Source: Candidatus Latescibacterota bacterium
GTDB taxonomy: Bacteria; Latescibacterota; UBA2968; UBA8231
Assembly (NCBI GenBank): GCA_965243025.1
Contig: CBDETY010000003.1
Span: forward strand, 2,688,001 to 2,752,000
Reading direction: 5' to 3'
Length of the DNA: 64,000 nt
The notes beneath the pieces are model-generated. The model was not told the DNA's origin and did not search any database. It saw only the letters and a list, made by a program, of their open reading frames with translations. Shown piece after piece: positions 50,585 through 59,242 of the stretch. Each line of letters opens with the position of its first letter. Position 1 is the stretch's first letter. Made by a program: the position numbers and the translations under genes.

Positions 50585-51526
50585 GTGCGCTATCGCTTTC
50601 TGGGCCGCACCGGGTTGCGGGTCTCGCTCCTCAGCCTGGGAACGGGCGGCCCGAGCCAGTTCGGCCAGGCCTCCGGCGTCGGGGAGGAGGCCGCGGCCCG
50701 CATGCTGCGCAGGGCCCTGGAGCTCGGGGTCAACTTCATCGACTCGTCTTCGCAATACGGCGACAGCGAGTCCCTCCTCGGCAGGATGCTCGCCGACGTG
50801 CCCCGCGACCAGTACCTGATCGCGACGAAGTTTCCCTCGGCGATCGACGGACGGGTGCCGTCGGGTGCTGAAGTGACTGCGTCGGTGGAGAGCAGTCTCG
50901 AGCGGCTCGGGGTCGACGCCATCGACCTGCTGCAGTTCCACGGCGTGATCCCGGAGCTGTTCGACGAGGTCATGGAAACCCAGCTGCCAACCGCCACCCG
51001 CCTGCTCGAGCAGGGCAAGTGCCGCTTCCTCGGCATGTCGGAGAACTACAGCAGGGACCACCACCACGAAGCCGTCCGGCGAGGTCTCGAGGTCGAAGCC
51101 ATCGACGCGATGATGATCGCCTACAGCATCCTCAGTCCCTCGGCCGGGGAGCTCGCCTTCGACAGCTGCCTCGAACGGAATGTCGGGGTCATCGACATGG
51201 TGGCGGTCCGTCGCGGCCTCAGCCGTCCGGACCACCTGCGCCCGCGCATCCGGGACGCGGTGGAACGGGGCGTAATCGACTCCGGTTCCGTCGATCTGGG
51301 CGATCCCCTCGGATGGCTCCTCGGGGGGGACGTTCCGTCCCTGCCGGCTGCGGGGTACAAGTTCGCCGCCTCGCATCCGGCGGTGTCGACGGTTCTCACC
51401 GGGACCGCGAACATCCGCCACCTCGAGGCCAACGCCGCAGCCGTAAACGGCCCCCCGCTGGATGCCGAAGCGATGGCGCGAATCGGCCGGATTTTCGGCC
51501 GCGTTCGCGAGAATCTCGGGGATTGA
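50585..51526 (+). CDS. Aldo/keto reductase
   Basis: LGRTGLRVS, FIDSSSQYG, IATKF, SLERL and LQFH. Confidence 0.92.
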   Translation: MRYRFLGRTGLRVSLLSLGTGGPSQFGQASGVGEEAAARMLRRALELGVNFIDSSSQYGDSESLLGRMLADVPRDQYLIATKFPSAIDGRVPSGAEVTASVESSLERLGVDAIDLLQFHGVIPELFDEVMETQLPTATRLLEQGKCRFLGMSENYSRDHHHEAVRRGLEVEAIDAMMIAYSILSPSAGELAFDSCLERNVGVIDMVAVRRGLSRPDHLRPRIRDAVERGVIDSGSVDLGDPLGWLLGGDVPSLPAAGYKFAASHPAVSTVLTGTANIRHLEANAAAVNGPPLDAEAMARIGRIFGRVRENLGD

Positions 51527-51532
51527 TCCCGC

Positions 51533-52090
51533 ATGAAGGACTTCCTGATGTCCGCGGCGATCGCCTCCGCGGCGGTGCTGCCGTTGCCAGCCTCGGACAC
51601 GCCCCCCGAGATCGCGGAACTCGAAGCGATCAACAGCGCCCTGCAGGCCTGGGTGCGGGCGATCGATGCCGGCGAGCCCTATCTCCTGCTCGATGTCGAG
51701 GCTGAGGAATTGCGGCTGATGCAGCAGAAGGCCCTGCTGCGCAGCTGCCCGGCGGACGCAGACTCCCTCACCGGAGACGGCGGGGAGCGGGAGGTGCTGG
51801 AGAAGATCCGGCGTTACTGGCGCGCCCCGGGAGGCGGCGGGAACTCCCAGCCCCTCGATTGGGAGGACTACCTCGCCGAGGACGGCGACAGGGACTGCGC
51901 CGTGTGGCTTTCGGGTGGCCTGCTGATCTACGCAGCCCCGGAATGGGGGGTGGTCCGGGCTCCTGGCGTGCGTCTGAACGAAGGGGACATCCGCGCCCTC
52001 TACAACGCCGCCCGGCCGGGGATGCGGCTGATCGTGCTGCCGCGCGGATGGAACCCCCGAGCCGACGGCCCGGCTTCCCATGTCCGGTGA
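51533..52090 (+). CDS. Secreted protein resembling a degenerate YkuD/L,D-transpeptidase fold
   Basis: Signal peptide. PYLLLD...LRL start and VRLNEGDIRALYNAARPGMRLIV end mirror YkuD termini, but the His/Cys motif is absent. Confidence 0.5.
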   Translation: MKDFLMSAAIASAAVLPLPASDTPPEIAELEAINSALQAWVRAIDAGEPYLLLDVEAEELRLMQQKALLRSCPADADSLTGDGGEREVLEKIRRYWRAPGGGGNSQPLDWEDYLAEDGDRDCAVWLSGGLLIYAAPEWGVVRAPGVRLNEGDIRALYNAARPGMRLIVLPRGWNPRADGPASHVR

Positions 52091-52195
52091 AACGACCCGC
52101 GATCATCCGCCCCTTACTGCAGCTGTAGCCATCCGGCGGCAAGGAGTTCACCGGAAACTTCGCGGGAGCGGCGGCCTGCCGTCCCGCGGTGACGC

Positions 52196-53350
52196 TTACA
52201 AGTGGACGCTGACAACCCCCGAACCCATGAGGGTTTTGACGGTTATCCCGAGGCCGACAGCGATAATGACCACGGAACTGATGACCGGCAGGCGTTGAAT
52301 CCACTTGCTGTCCCCGGAGAAACGGTCGACGAGGGGACGCGCCTTGACCATGAGCACGCCGATGGCGATCAGGACCGCGGCCAGCCCGAAGCTGAAAGCG
52401 AGGAGCAGAAGCAGCCCGAAGGCGATGCGATGCAGGGCCACGGCCAGCAGCAGGATCACCAGCGCCCCATGGCACGGGACGATGCCGCCGGAAATCCCGA
52501 GGGCAAGGAGACTTCCCAGGGTCACCCTGTCGGGTATCTCGTGGCTGTGGGTATGGCCATGGTGGTGGTCCTCTTCGCGGCCGTGGTCGTGGTGGTCGTG
52601 GTCGTGATCATGGCCGTGGCCGTGATCCCCGTGGTGGTGGTGATGATGAGGGCGACCATGTCCGCCCAGCCTCTTCACATGACCGGCGAACAGCCATATG
52701 CCGAGGGCCATGATCAGAACCCCGGAAGCCGTGCCGAGCCAGGGATAGATCTGCTCCGGCTGGACGTACCGGGTTGCGAAGAGCGCCACCAGTCCGAGCA
52801 GGATCACGCTGAAGGTGTGCGTGAAGGTGACTACCCCGCCCAGGAACATGGCGTTCCCCACGGTACCCCGCGAGCCGACGAGGTAGGCTGCCACCACGGT
52901 CTTGCCGTGTCCCGGTTCCAGGCCGTGGGCGGCCCCCAGAAACAGGGCGAGGGCAAGCGCCCCCAGAATCAGGCCCAGGCTCAGCTCTTCAGAGCGCAGC
53001 ATGGCACTGAGAGCATCCGTTTCTTCCCCCTCCCCGGCCGGGGCGGCTGTCCCCACCCCCTCCTCCTTCCAGACGACGGGAACAGCTGTGGCCCCGGCCC
53101 TGGCCGGAGGGGGGCCTGCCACGCCCGAGCCGACATTCGGGAGGGCCGTCCCTTCTGCCTGAACGCCTGGAAGATCCGCGGCCGTCACCTCGACCCGAGC
53201 CGGTGAAATCCCGGTGCAATCCGGCGCACCTTCCTTTCCAGAGGCGGTCGACCCGCCGGGAAGATTCCCCCGGGACTGGGTGAGGTAGTCGCCCTGGACC
53301 TGGGCAGCGCTCATCAGCCCTGCGAGCATCAGACACAATCGAATCAGCAT
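52196..53350 (-). CDS. RcnA/NiCoT-family nickel/cobalt transporter with His-rich loop
   Basis: GAAHGLEPGHGKTVVAAY, TFTHT, poly-His loop, GIVPC and FSFGLA. Confidence 0.9.
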   Translation of the reverse strand: MLIRLCLMLAGLMSAAQVQGDYLTQSRGNLPGGSTASGKEGAPDCTGISPARVEVTAADLPGVQAEGTALPNVGSGVAGPPPARAGATAVPVVWKEEGVGTAAPAGEGEETDALSAMLRSEELSLGLILGALALALFLGAAHGLEPGHGKTVVAAYLVGSRGTVGNAMFLGGVVTFTHTFSVILLGLVALFATRYVQPEQIYPWLGTASGVLIMALGIWLFAGHVKRLGGHGRPHHHHHHGDHGHGHDHDHDHHDHGREEDHHHGHTHSHEIPDRVTLGSLLALGISGGIVPCHGALVILLLAVALHRIAFGLLLLLAFSFGLAAVLIAIGVLMVKARPLVDRFSGDSKWIQRLPVISSVVIIAVGLGITVKTLMGSGVVSVHL

Positions 53351-53461
53351 CGTTTTCCTCTACCGTAACTGCCGGTTCCAGAAGTAAGAGTACGGCAACA
53401 CGGCGGCGCAGGCATCCGATTCGGGATGGGCTCCAGAAAAAAACTGGATCTGCCTTCAGAA

Positions 53462-53489
53462 ATAGTATACTATATAAATAGTACACTAT
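53462..53489. promoter_or_regulatory. YtrA-type GntR operator palindrome
   Basis: ATAGTATACTAT-ATAA-ATAGTACACTAT, an 11/12 inverted repeat upstream of a YtrA-like GntR gene. Confidence 0.8.
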
Positions 53490-53627
53490 GACACCAACCG
53501 GTTGATGTTCGAATCGAACCGGATTTCCCCACTGAAAACCAGACTGGCAGCTCACCGGCCGCGAGAAAACAGGGCCGACCGGGAACGGATGCCGGCGTTG
53601 TGAATCAGATCGGAATGGGGCGAACCG

Positions 53628-53999
53628 ATGGGCCTCGATTTTGACCCTGCCCGTCCCATCTACCTGCAGATCATCGAGGCGGTGAAAAAGCGAACCGCCC
53701 AGGGGGTCTATCGGGCCGGGGATCGTTTGCCGTCGGTGCGGGAAATGGCCGCGGAGATGGGGGTGAATCCCAACACCCTGTCAAGAGCCTACATGGAGCT
53801 GGAGCGCGAGGGTTTCATAACGACCCGGCGCGGAGAGGGATCGTCGATTACCGGCAGCGCCGAAAGGATCGACAGCGAGCACCGCGCCCTGGCCCGGTCG
53901 GCCCGCGACCGCTTCATCTCCGAGGTCCGCGGCCTGGCGCTCTCGAGGGAACAGATCGAGGCACTGATGCGCGAAATCCTCGAGGAGGTCGATTCGTGA
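53628..53999 (+). CDS. GntR-family regulator, YtrA subfamily
   Basis: PIYLQI, LPSVREMA..GVNPNT..RAY..LEREG and a short C-terminal helix. Confidence 0.93.
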   Translation: MGLDFDPARPIYLQIIEAVKKRTAQGVYRAGDRLPSVREMAAEMGVNPNTLSRAYMELEREGFITTRRGEGSSITGSAERIDSEHRALARSARDRFISEVRGLALSREQIEALMREILEEVDS

Positions 54000-54685
54000 T
54001 TGAAGTGAAAAACCTGTGGAAGCGATACCCCGGGGTGACCGCCCTCGGGGGGGTCTCCCTGTCCGTCGCACGGGGCCGGGTCATGGGCATACTCGGAGAG
54101 AACGGCAGCGGCAAGAGCACACTGTTGAAGATCCTCGCCGGGGTCGCCCGCCCCAGCGAAGGCAGCGTTTCCGTTTCGGGGCGCCCGGTGGGCGTCGAAA
54201 CCCGCCGCATCACCGCCTACCTGCCGGAGGTCAACCCGTTCTACGACTGGATGGGGGTAACCGAGCAGCTGGAGTTCCTGGCCGCGTTCTTCCCGGGATG
54301 GAACATGGAGAAGTCGCGCCGGCTGCTCGCCCTCATGAACGTCGACGCCAACCGGAAGATCGGCTCCCTTTCCGACGGCCAGAGGGCGCGGCTGAAGGTG
54401 GCTGCCGCCTTCTCCTGGCCGAGCGAACTGGTGCTGATGGACGAACCTCTCGGGCGCATCGATCCGCCGTCCAGACGGCGGATCCTCGAGACCTTGCTGA
54501 GCGAGTTCCGCTTCGGCGAGCAGACGATCCTGATTTCGACCCATCTCGTCAGCGAGGTGGAAGAGCTGATAGAGGAGGTCGCCTTTCTCCGCGGCGGCGA
54601 GGTAGCGGTAAGCGGCGACGTCGACGAGCTGAGGAAGATTCGCGGGATGTCGCTCGACGACATCTTCGAGGAGGTGGTGGCGTGA
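53996..54685 (+). CDS. ABC transporter ATP-binding protein (YtrB-like)
   Basis: GENGSGKST, LSDGQ, LMDEP and STH. Confidence 0.93.
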   Translation: MIEVKNLWKRYPGVTALGGVSLSVARGRVMGILGENGSGKSTLLKILAGVARPSEGSVSVSGRPVGVETRRITAYLPEVNPFYDWMGVTEQLEFLAAFFPGWNMEKSRRLLALMNVDANRKIGSLSDGQRARLKVAAAFSWPSELVLMDEPLGRIDPPSRRRILETLLSEFRFGEQTILISTHLVSEVEELIEEVAFLRGGEVAVSGDVDELRKIRGMSLDDIFEEVVA

Positions 54686-55452
54686 ACGCCTGGAAGAGCC
54701 TGTACCTGAAAGAGATCAGGGAGCACCGCACCCTTTTCATCCTGCTGCCGCTGGTAACCGCTTTTCTCGAAACAATGGCGGTGCTCTCTTTCGACGATGA
54801 TCAGATCCTCCCATCCATCCACCTTGTCTGGAGCTTCGTCCCCTACGCCTGGCTGCTGGTCCTGCCTTTCGTGCTCGGCCACTCGTTCACCCAGGAAGTG
54901 AAAGGGCAGACCCATTACCTGCTCCTCTCCCTGCCGGTTCCCCGGGCCCGGGTCTTCGCCGCCAAGGCGGCGATGGCGGCGACGCTCGGCATCATCCTGT
55001 ACGCCTTGACCAGCGCCGGTCTCATCGCCGTTCTGGGCGAACTGCGCGCCCTCGCCGCCCGGGCCGCCAATGTCAGCATCTCTCCCTTTAACGCCGTGGA
55101 CGTTCTCGTGCTCAACGGGGTCGTCTACCTGTCGGCAATGGGGATTCTGCTGGGTATTGCCGGCGGTATCGCCGGCCTCAGGCTGGTGGTGAGACGCTTC
55201 ACCGGGCTGGCGTCTGCCGCCTTCGCCATCTTCGTCCTCTACTGGTATCTCCGCACCCTGCCCGAGGTCCTCGCCCTGCCGGCGGTTCTCGGCACCTACG
55301 AGCTGTCGCTGGGGATCGAATCCCCCAGCGTGCTGAGCGTCGGCCCGGATCCCATCGAGGTCAATCTCATGTTCCCCGCCTACACGATCGCGGTCGGGCT
55401 CGCTTCCATGGGGTTGGGAATGTGGCTCTTCGAGAGGCAGGCCGAAGCGTGA
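54682..55452 (+). CDS. ABC-2 type permease
   Basis: GTG start overlapping the ATPase stop. KEIRE, LLLSLPVPRARVFAAK and six TMs. Confidence 0.85.
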   Translation: MNAWKSLYLKEIREHRTLFILLPLVTAFLETMAVLSFDDDQILPSIHLVWSFVPYAWLLVLPFVLGHSFTQEVKGQTHYLLLSLPVPRARVFAAKAAMAATLGIILYALTSAGLIAVLGELRALAARAANVSISPFNAVDVLVLNGVVYLSAMGILLGIAGGIAGLRLVVRRFTGLASAAFAIFVLYWYLRTLPEVLALPAVLGTYELSLGIESPSVLSVGPDPIEVNLMFPAYTIAVGLASMGLGMWLFERQAEA

Positions 55453-55522
55453 ACGGGCGGGCCCGGGCCCGATTCGGCTGACGGGAGGTGAAGTGAGGAC
55501 TGCCCGAGGGGCAGAGGTGCTG

Positions 55523-57298
55523 CTAAGGGACGAAGAAAACGAAGAAGAGTCCCCCGACGATCAGGCCCGAGATCCCGATCTCGACCGCCTTGTTTCCCGG
55601 ATCCACGGAAACCCGGTCCACGGTTTCCGAGCCGCCCAGCCACTGGGTCCCTTCCGAGGGAACGTTCTCGGAACCGTACCCCTGGATTCTCCTGATCCAG
55701 GACAGCTCGCGATCGGGGTTCTCGAAAGCGAGAAAGAGATCGCCTATCGCCTCCCGGCGGCGCTTTGGCGCCAGCGGGTTCCACCCCTTCTGTGTGTACA
55801 CCACGCGGGCATCGACCACCCGGTAGCTGAGGGAAGCCCCCGAGTCCTCATCCTCGTCCGCAGAATCCACCGCAACGCGGTACCCTTTCCGGATCAACTC
55901 CGCGGTCAGAACGTCCTCGGCAATCCAGTTCCTGTCGTCCTTTTTCGCGGCCTCGAGGTCGACCCGGGACCCGGCCGCCAGGGGAAGATCGGCAAGTTCC
56001 CTGCGGACCTGCGCCTGAAGCGCTCCCTGGACGGCCTCGAGGTCGGTCCTTGCTTCTGACTTCGCATCCCCCGCCTGTTTCCCGGCCTGCGGCCCTTCCT
56101 CGACCACCCTCACCGCGACCTCTCCCGGCAGGGGAATGGGATCTCCCCCGGCTTCGGGATAGAACGCGCTTTCGCACGCGAACAGGCCGGAGCGGGTCGG
56201 CCGCACCACCAGGGTAACCTGCACCCTGCCCCCCGGGGCCAGTTCACCGGATTCGGGACGGACCACCAGGTGCGGCCAGAGGGAGGGCCAGCCAAGGGAG
56301 ACCTGCTCGGAAGGAGTGGATTCGACCGCAGCTCGCGCCGCCTCTGCAGAACCGTCCTTTACGGAAATGTCCCTGAAGCTGTCGGGAATCGGGGCGCGCA
56401 ACTCCTCCACCGGAATCGAGGCCTGCGAGTCGTTTCGCCAGGTGAACCGCAGCTCGCTGGTGCTGCCTTTCAGCGCCCGCCCCCCGGGAAATGCCGCCGA
56501 AGCCAGGGGCACGGGCAGAAGGTCGAGCTCCACCGCGGGCAGCGGCGACCCGTAGACCGCCCGGGAACCCGCCATACCTTCCAGAGCAACCGTTTCCGAC
56601 GCCCCGGTGCGGACCCGCAGATCCAAGGTAACCGCAACACTGTCCCCCCCTTCCACGGGGGCCGCGAGGTCCGCTTCCCGGGCACCGTCGAGCAACTGCA
56701 GTGCCTCGGGCCACTCCCACAACAGGGACTCGACCCGGCGCCCACCCGGATCGAGATTGCGGATGCTCATGGCCAGCTCGACCGGAACTCCCGGGTACAC
56801 CGCCGTCGGCCGGGCGGTTATGGCGACGGGAATGGGAGATCCCACGGCGAGGGAGAAGCGGCTTGCGTGCGCCGGCTCGGCCTTCCCTTCACGCGAAGAG
56901 TATGTCCGCAGATCGAATTCCAGGGACTCCCCGGGAGTGGCTGTAATCCGCAGGGTGTCCTCCGCAACTTGCGCGAGCGGGGCACTGCTGTAATCGATCT
57001 CGATCCGGCCCGAATGCAGGGCCGCGGCGCCGGCTGTCGAGGTTGCGCCCGCCACTGCAAGCACCTTCGGATCGAAATCGACTTTTGTCAGCAGGACAGC
57101 CTCGCCGTCCCCGGGAAAGTAGCTCACGAAAAGCGTGAGGACGTGTTCCAGGCCCGGTCCGGCGACTGCGGCGTAGTCGGACCTCACCGAGAAAGTGGTT
57201 CGCGCCTCAACCGCCCCGAGCCAACAAATCAGAAGGGCGAGCGGCAGCCCGACCCGCCCTTTGGGCAATGCCATGATCGTCTTCCGGAAATCGTTCAA
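55523..57298 (-). CDS. Hypothetical exported multidomain protein with C-terminal membrane anchor
   Basis: Signal-like N-terminus (start may be 57274), beta-rich Ig/CARDB-like segments and a hydrophobic C-terminus IGISGLIVGGLFFVFFVP. Confidence 0.65.
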   Translation of the reverse strand: MNDFRKTIMALPKGRVGLPLALLICWLGAVEARTTFSVRSDYAAVAGPGLEHVLTLFVSYFPGDGEAVLLTKVDFDPKVLAVAGATSTAGAAALHSGRIEIDYSSAPLAQVAEDTLRITATPGESLEFDLRTYSSREGKAEPAHASRFSLAVGSPIPVAITARPTAVYPGVPVELAMSIRNLDPGGRRVESLLWEWPEALQLLDGAREADLAAPVEGGDSVAVTLDLRVRTGASETVALEGMAGSRAVYGSPLPAVELDLLPVPLASAAFPGGRALKGSTSELRFTWRNDSQASIPVEELRAPIPDSFRDISVKDGSAEAARAAVESTPSEQVSLGWPSLWPHLVVRPESGELAPGGRVQVTLVVRPTRSGLFACESAFYPEAGGDPIPLPGEVAVRVVEEGPQAGKQAGDAKSEARTDLEAVQGALQAQVRRELADLPLAAGSRVDLEAAKKDDRNWIAEDVLTAELIRKGYRVAVDSADEDEDSGASLSYRVVDARVVYTQKGWNPLAPKRRREAIGDLFLAFENPDRELSWIRRIQGYGSENVPSEGTQWLGGSETVDRVSVDPGNKAVEIGISGLIVGGLFFVFFVP

Positions 57299-57330
57299 GT
57301 GACTTTTTTTCCTGCACTTGCGTCAATTCT

Positions 57331-57432
57331 ACCTTAACCGGGGAAATCCCTGGCTGTCAAGCTCTCCGGCGGTTTGCGGCCAACTCTCCGGACCTGAGTT
57401 TTCTTGACGCTCCCGGACCCGGGTTTCATGTT
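57331..57432. promoter_or_regulatory. Putative back-to-back sigma70 promoters
   Basis: Minus strand TTGACA(57360)-N18-TAAGGT and plus strand TTGACG(57404)-N17-CATGTT, in the divergent gap. Confidence 0.45.
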
Positions 57433-57468
57433 TCTCCGAATCGACAGCAAACACCGGTTCTGATTCAC

Positions 57469-58194
57469 ATGTGGGAATTTGTCCTGTACCTGTCTGGCGC
57501 CGCCCTCGCTTTGCTCGCGGTCCCCGTGGCCTTGCGCATGCGGTTCGACCGGCCCCTGCCCGGGGGAGCGATCTCGATGCGGGCCGAGGCAGGCCTGCTC
57601 TCCGGGCTCGTGGGAGTCGCCGTCACCGGTCCGGGCGCCTGGAGATGGGGCCCAACCCTTGGCGGGCGCTCCCTGGGAGGCATCTCCTTTCCCCTGAGGA
57701 CCCGGGGCAGACCCGGGCGCCGGAAGGGACCGCTTCCCGGACAGCCGGTGAGGCCTTCGGAAACCGCTTCCGGGGCCGGGCTTGAGCAAAAGGCCCCACG
57801 GAGGCAGACTCCCTCGAGGCGCCTGCTGCGGTTCCCCATAGAGCCCGGGCTGCGGCTGCTCGGATCGCTGGGGCGGGCCGTCAATCTGCGCGCGGTCCGC
57901 GTCAACGGACGCCTCGGACTGGGCGACCCGGCGAAGACCGGGTACATGTACGGTGTCATCCAAGCCGTTGAAGCGAGCCTCCCGAAGCGGCGGAAACAGC
58001 TGCAGATCCGGCTCGAACCCGATTTCGGCGAGCAGGTGTTCTGCGGCCGCCTGGAGATCTGCCTGCATCTGTCTCTGGTGCGTATGGCCGCCTCCCTTCT
58101 CCGGTTCGGGCTGGAGGTGGGAATCAGACGGGTCTCCGACAACCTGGAGTCGGTTCGATGGATTCCCTTCCTGCCTGGCTGGAAAGCTTCGTGA
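57469..58194 (+). CDS. DUF2953 (YtfI-like) membrane protein
   Basis: N-terminal TM, GLGDPAKTGYMYG and IRLEPDF. Precedes a YtfJ-like gene. Confidence 0.8.
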   Translation: MWEFVLYLSGAALALLAVPVALRMRFDRPLPGGAISMRAEAGLLSGLVGVAVTGPGAWRWGPTLGGRSLGGISFPLRTRGRPGRRKGPLPGQPVRPSETASGAGLEQKAPRRQTPSRRLLRFPIEPGLRLLGSLGRAVNLRAVRVNGRLGLGDPAKTGYMYGVIQAVEASLPKRRKQLQIRLEPDFGEQVFCGRLEICLHLSLVRMAASLLRFGLEVGIRRVSDNLESVRWIPFLPGWKAS

Positions 58195-58222
58195 CTGCAA
58201 CCTGTAACCGGAAAACGGGCCA

Positions 58223-58609
58223 GTGACCTCAGTAGAAGGGCTTATCGAGCGGGTGATGGGGGAACTGCACCGGATTGTGCAGACCAAGACCGTGGTCGGC
58301 GAGCCCTTGGTGGCCGGCGACCTGACCTTGATTCCCGTGAGCAGGATCACCTTCGGCTTCGGGGCCGGGGGCGGGCAGGAAGGCAAGGGCCAGAGCGGCA
58401 CCGGCGGCGGCGCCACGGTCGAGCCGATCGCCTTCGTCGTCATCGACCCCGACGGCAAGGCCCAGATTCTCACTCTTTCCGACAAGGACGTCTCCTGGAG
58501 CCAGGTCCTCGGCCTGATGCCGGAGGCGGTGTCGAAAATCAAGTCGTTCGTCGACCGCAAGAGCCGGAAAGAAGAAGCTGAGGAAGAAGGGGAAGCTTCC
58601 TCGAAGTGA
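58223..58609 (+). CDS. GerW/YtfJ family protein
   Basis: TVVGEP, LIPVSRITFGFGAGGG and GGGATVEPIAFVVI. Confidence 0.9.
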   Translation: MTSVEGLIERVMGELHRIVQTKTVVGEPLVAGDLTLIPVSRITFGFGAGGGQEGKGQSGTGGGATVEPIAFVVIDPDGKAQILTLSDKDVSWSQVLGLMPEAVSKIKSFVDRKSRKEEAEEEGEASSK

Positions 58610-58704
58610 GAGCGCCATCCTCCCCTGCGGAGGCTGAGAACCGCCGCGGACGCTTCAGCTGAAGCCGCCCGCCGGCGACCGGGAACGGTCCCGATCGACA
58701 GGGA

Positions 58705-59211
58705 TCAGGGTTCGTTCTCCTGCGGAAACACCCGGAACAGCCCATCGAGAATCAGGTGGGTGTACCAGCCGGCGAGGGCGGCCCCGGCGAACTGCATCTC
58801 CAGGCCGTGCGGCAACTCGCGCAGGACCGCCAGCCACTCCCCCGGCCCGGCCCCTTCCAGCTTCCACCAGGCATACCCCGCGGCGGCAACCACGGCCGCC
58901 GCGAGCGGACTCAGGCGACAATGGGTCCAGCCGCGGTGGTGATCGAGCACCGGCAGAAGCGCAAGCACGGCCACTGCGGTCGCGGTTCGGTACTCTCCTG
59001 CCCAGGCGAGGTACAGCAAGCCGGCAAAGACGAACTTGAAGAACCAGCGCTGCGGGCGGGAAGAGGTGTCGAGATCGGGAAACAGCGAAAAGAACAAGGC
59101 GGTTGCGAACAGGCCCATGGTGGTTTCGGGACGCGCCCCGCTTCCCTCCGCCACTGCCGCCACCGCGGCAGCGACGAGAAGACCCCCTGCCAGGTGGCCT
59201 TTGTAGCTCAC
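58705..59211 (-). CDS. YdjM-like membrane metal-dependent hydrolase
   Basis: GH, PDLD, HRGWTH and HLILD. Confidence 0.85.
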   Translation of the reverse strand: MSYKGHLAGGLLVAAAVAAVAEGSGARPETTMGLFATALFFSLFPDLDTSSRPQRWFFKFVFAGLLYLAWAGEYRTATAVAVLALLPVLDHHRGWTHCRLSPLAAAVVAAAGYAWWKLEGAGPGEWLAVLRELPHGLEMQFAGAALAGWYTHLILDGLFRVFPQENEP

Positions 59212-59242
59212 TTCCCCTCGAAGCGTCCGGGCCGGGCTGTTC

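Noticed and set aside
52538-52665. GTG/GTC-rich short tandem repeats resembling an array
   Set aside because: They are His/Asp codons of the transporter loop read on the opposite strand, with no repeat-spacer structure.
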